A DNA stretch of 64,000 nt from Methanotrichaceae archaeon (GTDB taxonomy: Archaea; Halobacteriota; Methanosarcinia; Methanotrichales; Methanotrichaceae): positions 1-64,000 of the forward strand of contig CAVVKN010000021.1 in NCBI GenBank assembly GCA_963748825.1. Reading direction: 5' to 3'. Of this stretch, positions 10,661-19,957 are shown piece after piece. Position 1 is the first letter of the stretch. The number at the start of each line of letters is the position of its first letter. Both the position numbers and the translations under genes were made by a program. A model generated the notes under the pieces. It worked only from the letters and a program-made list of their open reading frames with translations, ran no database searches and was not told the DNA's origin.

Positions 10661-11494
10661 GTGAACGACTTTGCCGACCTTGACGGCCTTGCTTCTTTTG
10701 TCCACAAATACTACATCGATCCCATAATCTACGATACCAGCTATAACCCTGTGGATACCATCACCTGGGCGATAATCCTGGGCCTTGCCATCCTCGGCTT
10801 GATAAAACTGCTTCGCCGCTGGGATGTTTTAATGGATGAGCGGCTGTTGCTCTCTACCCTGCCTTACATCCTGGCCGGTTCGAGCTTGCGGGTAATCGAG
10901 GACGCCGATCTGGTCGCTGCACCCTGGAGATATTTTCTAATCACGCCGCTCATATTCTTCCTGGTTTTTCTAATCACGGCTGTCTGTTTGATCATCACCC
11001 GGAAGATCTGGGGCGAGAAGTTTCATGCAAGATATGCCGCCATCGGCTTTCTCTGGACCTTTTTCAATCTGGCCGTTCTTTCCACGCTCGGATTTAGGAA
11101 CACCTGGGTCATTGCCGCTGTCTTCCTGCTGGGCTCAGCCCTCACAGGAGGCATACTTTTTTGCGGGCGCCGTCTGTCTGCTCTGAAGTTTTTGGACGAT
11201 AGATTCAATCAAATGATCATCTACGCCCATATGCTGGACGCCAGCTCAACCTACTTCGGCGTGGACTGGTTCTACTACTACGAAAAGCACGTCGTTCCTA
11301 CTTTTCTCATAAACCTGACCGGCTCCGCAGCTATTATGTTTCCTCTCAAGCTGGCGATACTCCTGCCCGTGCTCTACATGATAGACAAATCACTGCAGGA
11401 GCCATCCCTGCGAAATCTCACCAAACTGACCTTGATCACCCTGGGCCTGGCGCCTGCCATCCGAAATACGCTACGACTGGCCCTGGGAATCTGA
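10661..11494 (+). CDS. DUF63 family membrane protein
   Basis: YNPVDT, LRVIEDA, AHMLDA, YYEKH, GLAPAIRN motifs, multi-TM. Confidence 0.85.
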   Translation: MNDFADLDGLASFVHKYYIDPIIYDTSYNPVDTITWAIILGLAILGLIKLLRRWDVLMDERLLLSTLPYILAGSSLRVIEDADLVAAPWRYFLITPLIFFLVFLITAVCLIITRKIWGEKFHARYAAIGFLWTFFNLAVLSTLGFRNTWVIAAVFLLGSALTGGILFCGRRLSALKFLDDRFNQMIIYAHMLDASSTYFGVDWFYYYEKHVVPTFLINLTGSAAIMFPLKLAILLPVLYMIDKSLQEPSLRNLTKLTLITLGLAPAIRNTLRLALGI

Positions 11495-11528
11495 ATTACA
11501 AAAAAAGGCCCATTGCTTGATGATGAAG

Positions 11529-11596
11529 CTCTGGTGGTTTACAGAATAAAACCACAGAGTCACAGAGCGCCCAGAGGACGAACGGACGGAGGACTG
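11529..11596. repeat. palindromic CAGAG-type 9-mer intergenic element
   Basis: ctctggtggttt...aaaccacagag hairpin then cacagagtcacagagcgcccagaggacgaacggacggag, the reverse complement of 63468-63510. Confidence 0.7.
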
Positions 11597-11690
11597 TGGT
11601 AATACCGTAAGCATAGGCGAAGATACAAAAAAAGCAAAATACAAAAAAATCCAGAGGAAGGGGAAGCCCCTAACTCAAAATCTATCTTTT

Positions 11691-12260
11691 TCAGCTGATC
11701 CTGCGCACGTCACTTCTGCCGCCAGAGACCGTCCCTTTCACCGGTGCCTCGCCCGTAGGCAGGTAGAGTGTGAAGGCTCCCGATGTGCTGTTGCCGTCAG
11801 CGCTATTGAGAGTCATCCGGTAAAGGAAGACGTTGTCCAGGGATACGACATTCAGGATCATGGCGTTTCCTTCTAGAAGAGAGCCCTCCGCTGTGGCGAT
11901 CTGCTGGTTTAAGCCCTGCTTGAAGACTCCTGTGCCAAAGAGAGCCGCTTCCGACTGGTAGAGTCGCAGCTCAATGTCGCCGATGGGAATGGATTTCATG
12001 TTTTTCAGCTCAAAGCTCCAATTGCCGGCCAGATTGCGGCCATATGTTTGCAGGCCGGGCTTCGCTGTGCCGCCCGTCATTTCCATGTATTCTGCCGTGT
12101 GCTCCGGATCGGATATCTGCATTCCATCCAGGGACAGGTCCATACCGTCTGGCTCTATGACTCTTGGAGTGGGCGCGGCGATGGCACCAACCATAATGCA
12201 GGCAATAGCGGCCAGCATTAACAAGATGTTTCTCGAATTGATCATTAACAAAACCTCCAC
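11691..12260 (-). CDS. secreted hypothetical protein (beta-barrel-like, resembles 49357-50004)
   Basis: signal peptide, G.W strand and Q.....FG.G.F pattern. Confidence 0.6.
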   Translation of the reverse strand: MEVLLMINSRNILLMLAAIACIMVGAIAAPTPRVIEPDGMDLSLDGMQISDPEHTAEYMEMTGGTAKPGLQTYGRNLAGNWSFELKNMKSIPIGDIELRLYQSEAALFGTGVFKQGLNQQIATAEGSLLEGNAMILNVVSLDNVFLYRMTLNSADGNSTSGAFTLYLPTGEAPVKGTVSGGRSDVRRIS

Positions 12261-12399
12261 TAAAATCCAGGGAAAACTCCAGGGGAATTTTCCCGTTTGC
12301 AGTCTTTCAGTCTATGGCGTAAGGATAAATCTAACGCTTGCCGATAATTAGTTTAAACTTTTTATGTTAATTATATTATCTTATTACTAGGTATCGTTG

Positions 12400-13539
12400 C
12401 TATCTCCCCAGTATCTTGCGGTGCGCTTCTCTGAACTTTTGGTCCCTCATCTGGCAGGAGCATCTTCCCTGGAACCATTGATAGCGAGTCATCTCCTTCC
12501 AGATCTCCTTCAGACTCTTTTCTTTGATATTTCCAAAGCCAAGTGGCATGTAAGCGCAGGGCAAGGCCTCGCCTGCTCCATCCACGTGAATCCACCTTCT
12601 CCCGGCAAAGCATCCGAACATCTCCGGGCCGAGCAGATAGGGCAGAGCCGAGACCCTGGGTCCTGCGGACCGGTTCTTCTCCTTGTGGAAGCGCTCCAGC
12701 CGCAGGACATCATCGTTTGTCAGCACCTCATCCTCATGCGATGCCCAGCGGCCCACGGCCACAATCTCATAAAAGGAGAGCTCATGCACGCCCAGATCCG
12801 TGGCCAGAGAAAAGGCATCCTCCAGATGGTCGATGTTGTGAGGAGAAGTTACCATGAAGAGGTCGACCAGGAGACCCGCTTCCAGCGCGTTTTTGACGCC
12901 GTCGAGCGCATCGTAAAAGGCGCCCTCACGGCCCCGTACCCGGTCGTGCTCCTTTTCGAAGGGGCTGTCGATGCTGATTCGCACGGCATAAAGCCCGGCC
13001 TGCTTAAGCTGCTTCGCCCTCTCTGCCGTGAGATGGTAGCCGCTGGTGAATGTCGTGGCAATGGCCCGTTCGTCCACAGACGAGACCAGATCGGGCAGAT
13101 CCTTTCTCAGCATGGGCTCGCCCCCGTCAAAAGTTATTAGGTAAGAACCCATATCCAGGGCCTGGGATATCGCCCCTTTCACGACACCGCTCTCCAGTAT
13201 CTCTCCCTGACGCGAGGGGGCGCTGCAGTGGATGCAGTCATTGGGACAGGCCCTCATGACGGCTATGGAAAACTGATCGGGAACTGGGCGGCGGGTCAAA
13301 GCCGCCACCTGGGCGGAGAGCATGCGATCGAAGGCAAGGCTTGGCGCAGGCGGAATCCAGGTGGAGAAGATGAACTTGTCCGGGCCGCAGCTGATTGGCT
13401 TCTCATCGGCGAAGATCTTATTGATCCTGTCCATGACCGGTCTTGCCAAGGGCGCGAGCGCCCCCCGGGCACTCAGACGGATGCCTCTTCCTTCCGGGAA
13501 GGCATCAATTCTCAGCAGAGGCTTTTTTGCGATCTGCAT
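12400..13539 (-). CDS. radical SAM protein with SPASM/twitch domain
   Basis: CPNDCIHC, DGGEP, ISIDS, GCFAGRRWIHVDGAGEALPC. Confidence 0.9.
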   Translation of the reverse strand: MQIAKKPLLRIDAFPEGRGIRLSARGALAPLARPVMDRINKIFADEKPISCGPDKFIFSTWIPPAPSLAFDRMLSAQVAALTRRPVPDQFSIAVMRACPNDCIHCSAPSRQGEILESGVVKGAISQALDMGSYLITFDGGEPMLRKDLPDLVSSVDERAIATTFTSGYHLTAERAKQLKQAGLYAVRISIDSPFEKEHDRVRGREGAFYDALDGVKNALEAGLLVDLFMVTSPHNIDHLEDAFSLATDLGVHELSFYEIVAVGRWASHEDEVLTNDDVLRLERFHKEKNRSAGPRVSALPYLLGPEMFGCFAGRRWIHVDGAGEALPCAYMPLGFGNIKEKSLKEIWKEMTRYQWFQGRCSCQMRDQKFREAHRKILGR

Positions 13540-14381
13540 CTCTCTAGTCCCCGGTGCGTCATCTCGTCCACGATGCTCTCCAGGCGAGACAGCATTTCAT
13601 TGCGTCCTGTTGAGAGAAAAAGAGCTTTCTTTGCGAGGCCGCTGTGATCATCAATGACCTTAATGCACATCTGCCTCACGACATCATCCGGATAGTGGTT
13701 GCTGTAGATTATGGGAAGAGTAACAGAAGTCTTCTTGGACGATTTTCCTTGATCCAGCCCCAGGAATTCCTCCAGGTCATCGAGTACTTGATAGCTCAGG
13801 CCCAGGTGCGTCCCATAACTCTCAAACCTGGCTACATCCTCTTCACCAGCTCCGGCTATGAGTCCGCCCATCTTGGCGGATGCGGAAAAGAGAGAGGCGG
13901 TTTTCTTGGAGACGCATTGGTAGTAATCATCCGGGGAGGAGGCGGAAGACAAATCCATCAGTTCTCCCTCAGACATGTCCATGCAGGCGGAGGCAAAAGT
14001 GCTTATTACCGGCTGGCTATAATGAGATATCAAATCTATAGATCGGGATATGAGCCAGTCCCCTGCGAGAAGAGAGGCTTCCGGACCAAAACGCTGCAGC
14101 GCGCTTTGCGAACCTCTCCGCTCTACACCATGATCGAGAATGTCGTCATGCACCAGGGAGGCAGCATGCACCAGCTCAATAGCCAGAGCCGCGTTCATGG
14201 CCGAGGGCGCGTTGCCACCCATTGCCTGTGCAGAGAAAATCAGGATAAGGGGACGAACCCTCTTTCCTGAAGAGGAGAGCACATAGCTGATTATCTCTCC
14301 CAGGGGAGAATCAGGCAGGCTTCTCACCAGTTCGGCGAGTTGCTTGTTTATGAGGTTGTATTCATCCCAGCCGGAGAACAT
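13512..14381 (-). CDS. polyprenyl diphosphate synthase (probably geranylfarnesyl-diphosphate type)
   Basis: GKRVRP, HAASLVHDDILD (FARM), KTASLF, YQVLDDLEE (SARM). Confidence 0.85.
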   Translation of the reverse strand: MFSGWDEYNLINKQLAELVRSLPDSPLGEIISYVLSSSGKRVRPLILIFSAQAMGGNAPSAMNAALAIELVHAASLVHDDILDHGVERRGSQSALQRFGPEASLLAGDWLISRSIDLISHYSQPVISTFASACMDMSEGELMDLSSASSPDDYYQCVSKKTASLFSASAKMGGLIAGAGEEDVARFESYGTHLGLSYQVLDDLEEFLGLDQGKSSKKTSVTLPIIYSNHYPDDVVRQMCIKVIDDHSGLAKKALFLSTGRNEMLSRLESIVDEMTHRGLERCRSQKSLC

Positions 14382-14525
14382 CGAATGGGTACTGCCGGCC
14401 TGGCTATTTAGCTTTTGCTAATGCGAATATTTTCATTAGTGATGAATATGAAGCGAAAGCCTTTTAGGTTAACAATAGTTAATTCAGGGTATTGAAAAGT
14501 GCTTGAAAAATTGGTGATAAGAGAT

Positions 14526-14930
14526 ATGAAGATTTTGCATTTAATTTTAATGGCGTGTCTTTTAGCAATATTCTCAACAGCAGCTGCCCAAAATCCTCTT
14601 GAGGCTGCTGCCAGTTCCCTCCAGGAACAGATGAATACTGCCGGACAACAGCTTCAGGAGAAAGCTGCAAAGCACGTTCTAGAAGGAAATCTAACCCAAG
14701 AGCATATTGCCCAAGATCTCAATGCCACCAAAGGTAATCTGACGGCGCAAGCAAGAGAAAAAATCAACCAGATGAATCTGAACCTATCTCCCGAGCAGCT
14801 TCAACAAAAGGCAGCAGAAGAGCTGAAGAAGCAGGTAAGTGAACAGATTAAACAGCAACCGGGATTTGAGGCCGCTTTAGCCATTTTGGCCACACTGACC
14901 GCGGTTGTCTTGATTCGGCGAAGAAACTAA
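14526..14930 (+). CDS. secreted PGF-CTERM protein (archaeosortase substrate)
   Basis: signal peptide; C-terminal QPGF + hydrophobic helix + RRRN. Confidence 0.8.
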   Translation: MKILHLILMACLLAIFSTAAAQNPLEAAASSLQEQMNTAGQQLQEKAAKHVLEGNLTQEHIAQDLNATKGNLTAQAREKINQMNLNLSPEQLQQKAAEELKKQVSEQIKQQPGFEAALAILATLTAVVLIRRRN

Positions 14931-14987
14931 GAGAATAATTTAATCATCTTTTTTTTGTTCCAGGCAGAACCAATATATACTAACACG

Positions 14988-15006
14988 ATGACTGACCGTC
15001 AGTCAT
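14988..15006. promoter_or_regulatory. perfect palindromic operator, probably for the downstream TetR
   Basis: ATGACTGAC-C-GTCAGTCAT just downstream of TATA-like aatatata and 18 bp before the CDF start. Confidence 0.7.
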
Positions 15007-15024
15007 AAAGTAAGGGAAAGAAAT

Positions 15025-16044
15025 ATGGAAATCAATGATGCAGAAAGAAATAAGCGAAAGTCAAATGTGGCTCTGCTTTCCGTAATCTCGAATACCAGCC
15101 TTGTGATTCTCAAACTTGTTGTAGGAACGATGATCGGATCGGTCTCTGTAATATCCGAGGCCATTCATTCGGGAGTGGACCTGTTGGCGGCCATGATTGC
15201 CTTGTTTGCTGTGAGAAAATCCGGCAAACCGGCAGACGAGGACCATCCCTTCGGGCACGGCAAGGTTGAGAATATATCCGGAACTGTTGAGGCTTTGCTT
15301 ATCTTCCTTGCAGCTGGCTGGATCATCTTTGAGGCAGTAAAGAAGCTGACAAATCCCGAACCAATGGAAGATGCCTGGCTTGGCATTGTCGTGATGCTGA
15401 TTTCCGTCATGGCAAATATCATAGTTTCCAAGAATCTTTTTAAAGTAGGCAAAGAAACGGACTCTATAGCTCTGATGGCGGATGCATGGCATCTGCGAAC
15501 AGATGTATACACTTCGCTTGGCGTTTTCGGCGGTCTGGCCGTTATCTTTGCAGGAGGGCTCGTTCTTCCCGGTGTAGATTTGCGATGGGTGGACCCAGTA
15601 GCCGCGATAGGAGTCGCTCTGTTAATCATAAGGGCTGCCTATCATCTGACCGTTGAATCTGCCCGCGACCTGGTGGATGTGGGCCTTCCTTTTGAAGAGG
15701 TGGACGATATGCGTAGGCACATAAGGGCTTTTGCCCCAACCATCCGGGGATTTCATCGCCTACGCACGCGAAAAGCTGGGTCCAGTCGCTTCGTGGAGTT
15801 TCACATCAGAGTCGATGCATCAATGTCGGTGGACGAATCCCATCGCATTGCTGACATGATAACCTGCTCTATCAAACAGCACTATCCTGGGACTACAGTT
15901 ACCATTCATATCGAGCCCTGCAATTGCGCCATGGCGAAAGAAGGCTCTTGCGGCTGCCTGCTCAGTGAGCAAGAGAAAAAAGAGCTTAAAACGAATATCA
16001 AGGCACAAGAGCCATGTCGGGCAAACACTCAGCGATCGGAATGA
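15025..16044 (+). CDS. cation diffusion facilitator (FieF-like) transporter
   Basis: SEAIHSGVD, PADEDHPFGHGKVE, ADAWHLRTD, IHIEP. Confidence 0.93.
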   Translation: MEINDAERNKRKSNVALLSVISNTSLVILKLVVGTMIGSVSVISEAIHSGVDLLAAMIALFAVRKSGKPADEDHPFGHGKVENISGTVEALLIFLAAGWIIFEAVKKLTNPEPMEDAWLGIVVMLISVMANIIVSKNLFKVGKETDSIALMADAWHLRTDVYTSLGVFGGLAVIFAGGLVLPGVDLRWVDPVAAIGVALLIIRAAYHLTVESARDLVDVGLPFEEVDDMRRHIRAFAPTIRGFHRLRTRKAGSSRFVEFHIRVDASMSVDESHRIADMITCSIKQHYPGTTVTIHIEPCNCAMAKEGSCGCLLSEQEKKELKTNIKAQEPCRANTQRSE

Positions 16045-16098
16045 GGCTCATGTCTGGTTTTAACCTCTTGGACAAAATCATTTGCGAGGTATGACCAT

Positions 16099-16545
16099 AT
16101 GCTGAAAAAGATATTGGTGGCCACGGATGGATCGGAGACAAGCATGCGTGCCGCGGAGAATGCCGTTAGTATCGGTAAAAAAGCAGGAGCCGCAGTAACG
16201 GCTGTCTATGTTGTAGATGTGCATAGACTGGCTCAGCTTCCCGGCTATACGGCAATGCCCGGTATTAAAGACAATCTCATGGAACTCATGTTCAAGGAAG
16301 GCGGCGAGGCTTTAGAGGAAATTGAGGATATGGCCCGGGATGTCGGAGTGGCTTATGAAAGAGTGATAGCTGAGGGTGATCCCGGTGAGGAGCTGCTCAC
16401 GCTCTGCAGCGATCGGGGATTTGACCTGATAGTGCTTGGTACCATCGGAAAGAGTGGTCTGAAGAGGTTCCTCTTGGGCAGCGTAGCAGAGAAAGTAGTG
16501 CGTCACTCCCATGTGCCGGTTCTAGTGGTGCCTGCAATAGAGTGA
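16099..16545 (+). CDS. universal stress protein
   Basis: KKILVATDGS, DLIVLGTIG, LLGSVAEKVVRHSHVPVLVV. Confidence 0.93.
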   Translation: MLKKILVATDGSETSMRAAENAVSIGKKAGAAVTAVYVVDVHRLAQLPGYTAMPGIKDNLMELMFKEGGEALEEIEDMARDVGVAYERVIAEGDPGEELLTLCSDRGFDLIVLGTIGKSGLKRFLLGSVAEKVVRHSHVPVLVVPAIE

Positions 16546-17165
16546 AAAAGATGAAACGAATTACAAAAGGCCCCGAAGAAAGAAGACGAGAATTGATCGA
16601 TACGGCTGAGCGTCTCTTCATGGAGAAGGGATACGAGCATACAGCAATTAGCGATATTGTCAAAGAGCTCAATATTGCCCAGGGAACTCTCTACTACTAC
16701 TTTCGCTCCAAAGAAGATATATTGGAAGCAGTTGTGGAGAAGAGCATTGCCGTCTTGGAGCAGAATGTTATCCAGCTCATTCAAGATGAAGAGGTCGATG
16801 AGGCAACCAGGCTCAATGCCGCGATTAATGGAATTCTCGGGTTCGTTTCCCAAAGGAATGACTTCATTGACTTTCTCCATCAAGACATAAATGCTGTAAT
16901 GCATGCAAAGCTGGAAAAGGCAACTGTGGAGCGAATAGTTCCTATCTTATCTGAGTTAGTGGCCAAAGGAAATGCTAAGGATCGTTTCAATATCGAAAAT
17001 CCCACCGAGACGGTTGAGTTTCTGAGTACCGCCCTGGTCTATATCTTCCACCAGCCGGATATCAACACCGACCAACAACGTCGTGAGAAGCTATGTCGGT
17101 CTCTGGAGACAATACTAAACAAGGTTCTGGTGGCCAAGAATTATAGCTTCATGCTAAAAATTTGA
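16542..17165 (+). CDS. TetR/AcrR family regulator
   Basis: LIDTAERLFMEKGYEHTAISDIVKELNIAQGTLYYYFRSKEDI. Confidence 0.93.
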   Translation: MKKMKRITKGPEERRRELIDTAERLFMEKGYEHTAISDIVKELNIAQGTLYYYFRSKEDILEAVVEKSIAVLEQNVIQLIQDEEVDEATRLNAAINGILGFVSQRNDFIDFLHQDINAVMHAKLEKATVERIVPILSELVAKGNAKDRFNIENPTETVEFLSTALVYIFHQPDINTDQQRREKLCRSLETILNKVLVAKNYSFMLKI

Positions 17166-17182
17166 TAAAAATTAAAAATAAT

Positions 17183-17599
17183 TCAGAGCAATCGGCTGGA
17201 TTCTATTTTGGCGCATCTTCCTGCTACAACGCTGTATCCTTCTTTATCCAGCTTCTTTATGGCCTCCGGGCTTTCTGTGCCCGGCTGCATCCAGAAGACC
17301 TTGAAGCCTTTCTGCTTGGCCTCTTCAGCCAGAGCCGGCACAGCAGAGGGCCTTCGGAATACATCCACAATATCTATCTCATCCGGTATGTCATGCATGG
17401 AGGCGTAGACCTTCTCGCCCAGGATGATCTTGCCGGCATAATTGGGATTGACGAGATAGAGCTTGAAGCCGCGGCTTTGCAGGACGTCGGAGACGAAATA
17501 GCTGGGCTTGTAGGGATCAGGGGAGATGCCGACCACGCAGATGGTGCGGCAGCTTGTCAGGGCCTCTTTCAGGTCCTTATCTTCTCGAAGGATGGGCAT
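17183..17599 (-). CDS. CoA-binding protein (YccU-like)
   Basis: ICVVGISPDPYKPS, VNP, IDIVDVFRR, WMQPG. Confidence 0.9.
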   Translation of the reverse strand: MPILREDKDLKEALTSCRTICVVGISPDPYKPSYFVSDVLQSRGFKLYLVNPNYAGKIILGEKVYASMHDIPDEIDIVDVFRRPSAVPALAEEAKQKGFKVFWMQPGTESPEAIKKLDKEGYSVVAGRCAKIESSRLL

Positions 17600-17720
17600 G
17601 ATAAGTATATGGGCATTCTTGGGATAAATAGTTGAACTTATTCTTAATTATCACTCTGTCTTCTTGCCCGGCGTTCTCGCATTTATCTCGTGGGGTAACG
17701 GAGTAACAGGGATAGAGAAG

Positions 17721-17880
17721 ATCCCAGACTTCAGTGGGGGATGAATCGTACACCTGTCATAATTACTTTCGCTACGCTCTAATTGACTTAATATAGTATG
17801 GAACTACCATATTTAAATCAACATGAAGACTGCCTACAAGTTCCGGCTATACCCAAACAAGCAAAAAGAAGCACAATATG
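17721..17880 (+). mobile_element. IS200/IS605-family left-end remnant with truncated tnpB
   Basis: imperfect hairpin ATCCCAGACTTCAGTGGGGGAT; ORF from 17823 MKTAYKFRLYPNKQKEA matches the TnpB N-terminal motif and then ends. Confidence 0.7.
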
Positions 17881-17908
17881 CCTGGGAAAATTCTTTAATC
17901 CTGATGTC

Positions 17909-18604
17909 ATGCCTGCAATAGTGATTGAGGATCGAAAGCTGCACGATAGGACGGGAGTATACCGTGATCGAGATGATGCGGGAGAATACTTAGCCCGGTC
18001 GCTGGAGCAGCTTCGGGGAAAGGATGCCTTCGTCCTGGCCATACCCTCGGGTGGAGTGCCAGTAGGTCTGGCCGTCTCCTCTCGCCTAGATCTGCCGTTT
18101 GATCTCCTGATAATAAGGAAGATTCCCATTCCCGGATACACCGAGTCTGGCTTTGCAGCGGTCAGCCTGGAGGGTGATATGGTTCTAAACGAGCCGTTAG
18201 TTAGAGAGCTGGGCCTCACCCCGGAGGAGATTGAGGTGCTGGCAGAGCCGGTGCAGGAAGAGCTTTTGGCCAGAAACCGCATCTTTCGAGAAAACCGCCC
18301 CTGGCCACAGCTTGCAGGCAAGACAGTAATATTAGTAGACGATGGGCTGGCCTCCGGCTATACCATGCTGGCTGCCGTTCGTGCCGTGCGCAGGCGTAAG
18401 CCCTCTCAGATGGTAGTGGCCGTTCCTACCGCATCCGCAAGCACTATCAAGCTCCTTGCCCCCCAGGTGGACACTATCGTCTGCCCAAATATCCGGAGCG
18501 GCTACAGCTTTGCCGTCGCAGATGCTTACCGAAACTGGTATGACCTTGACCGGACCGAGGTGATAAATTTGCTTAAGTCTCACGGGCTATTAGCCAAAAA
18601 ATAG
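17909..18604 (+). CDS. phosphoribosyltransferase
   Basis: RDRDDAGEYLA, LAIPSGGVPV, ILVDDGLASGYT. Confidence 0.9.
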   Translation: MPAIVIEDRKLHDRTGVYRDRDDAGEYLARSLEQLRGKDAFVLAIPSGGVPVGLAVSSRLDLPFDLLIIRKIPIPGYTESGFAAVSLEGDMVLNEPLVRELGLTPEEIEVLAEPVQEELLARNRIFRENRPWPQLAGKTVILVDDGLASGYTMLAAVRAVRRRKPSQMVVAVPTASASTIKLLAPQVDTIVCPNIRSGYSFAVADAYRNWYDLDRTEVINLLKSHGLLAKK

Positions 18605-18685
18605 GCCTAATATGCTCTTATTTTCTCAGGTTTCTCCCATAAGTTTATATCCTATGAATTTTAATTATTGTTTGAGATTATCAAA

Positions 18686-18931
18686 ATGAACCTGCTCCAT
18701 TTGCTTTCTATCTTGCTGGAGGCGGTCGTGGCTGCCTTGGGCATAATGCTGGCCATCAGCAAGAAGAAAATATACGGCTGGTGCATCGCACTCACTTTTG
18801 TACTCTACGTTGTCTATGATCTGGCAAATCTTCTGGCTTTGAATATTTCCCAGGATACTCTGTATATGATATTCTTCGTGGCCACCCTTTCCATTCTCTG
18901 GGCGGTCTGGAACATCTTCCTGGAAGCTTAA
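18686..18931 (+). CDS. small membrane protein (3 TM)
   Basis: hydrophobic ORF with good codon pattern. Confidence 0.7.
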   Translation: MNLLHLLSILLEAVVAALGIMLAISKKKIYGWCIALTFVLYVVYDLANLLALNISQDTLYMIFFVATLSILWAVWNIFLEA

Positions 18932-18976
18932 GGCCAATAGTCAGCCTTTTGAAGAAAGCGCACTAATAATAACGAG

Positions 18977-19537
18977 ATGATCTCCAAAGTCTACATCTCC
19001 CACAGCCCTGCTGATGAGGAGATGGCCCTGCAGCTCTCCCGTGCCCTCTGGAGAGTAGGCCTGGAAAGCTACGTTGCTCTCTATAATCTGTCACCGGCCA
19101 TCTCTTTAGCCGAGCGTGCTTCTTTTGGGCTGCGCAATTCTGAGTGCCTGGTGGCCCTGCTGACCGTTGAAGGCTCCTTTTCTCCAGAGGTCTGCCAGGA
19201 GATCGGCCTGGCCCGGGGACTGGATCTGCTCATCATCCCCATGCTGGAGGAGGGGGCAAAGCTGCCCTTCCTCATCGAGCACCTGCGGCCCCTGGTCTTC
19301 CGGGAGGAGAAATATGCCGATGTTGTTGGACTGCTGATCAAGACCATTCGGGAGCTGTCCCGGCTGGAGTGGCTGAAGGTGACCTGTCCCAAATGCGGGG
19401 AGGAGATGACCCAGTATCTCACGCTCCAGGAGGATGTGGAGGAGGCATTGAAGAAGGGCACTTTTTTGGAGACGATCTGCAGCTATTGCCAGAATAAGAT
19501 CCGGCTGGATGCGAGGACGTTTGAGCCGAGGCTGTGA
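18977..19537 (+). CDS. TIR-domain protein with C-terminal Zn ribbon
   Basis: VYISHS..D, SECLVALLT, SPEVCQEIGLA (catalytic Glu), IIP; CPKC...CSYC. Confidence 0.8.
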   Translation: MISKVYISHSPADEEMALQLSRALWRVGLESYVALYNLSPAISLAERASFGLRNSECLVALLTVEGSFSPEVCQEIGLARGLDLLIIPMLEEGAKLPFLIEHLRPLVFREEKYADVVGLLIKTIRELSRLEWLKVTCPKCGEEMTQYLTLQEDVEEALKKGTFLETICSYCQNKIRLDARTFEPRL

Positions 19538-19564
19538 TAGATTGTCCTTTCCGGTGCGGAGAAC

Positions 19565-19957
19565 TCAGGGCGAGACGGCCTTTAATCCAGGTACTCGCCG
19601 GAAATGGGTGTCTCCTGAGACAATTACTGCCCCATTGGCCAAAGCAATAGATGCAATGAGTTCATCAAAGTCACCGATCGCCTCCCCCCTCCTTCTGAGT
19701 TCGGAGGATAGTTCCCCAAACATATCATAGACGTCTTCATCTATGGAGAGGATGACGAAAGCATCGAGCAGCTTCTTGACCTTTTGCAATCCCCTCTCCG
19801 ACCTGATGGGGCTATAAACTCCCTTGTAAAGCTCCAGCACATTTATCTGCGTCGTGCATAGTGTTTCACCTGTTTCCTCCAGCTCTAGAATCTTTCTCAA
19901 AGCGGCTTGCTTTCTATGAAGTGCATCAATCAGGACGGATGTGTCGATGACTATCAT
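19565..19957 (-). CDS. vapC: VapC/PIN toxin
   Basis: IVIDTSVLID, VLEL..G, GDFDELIA, SGDTHFRRV. Confidence 0.9.
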   Translation of the reverse strand: MIVIDTSVLIDALHRKQAALRKILELEETGETLCTTQINVLELYKGVYSPIRSERGLQKVKKLLDAFVILSIDEDVYDMFGELSSELRRRGEAIGDFDELIASIALANGAVIVSGDTHFRRVPGLKAVSP

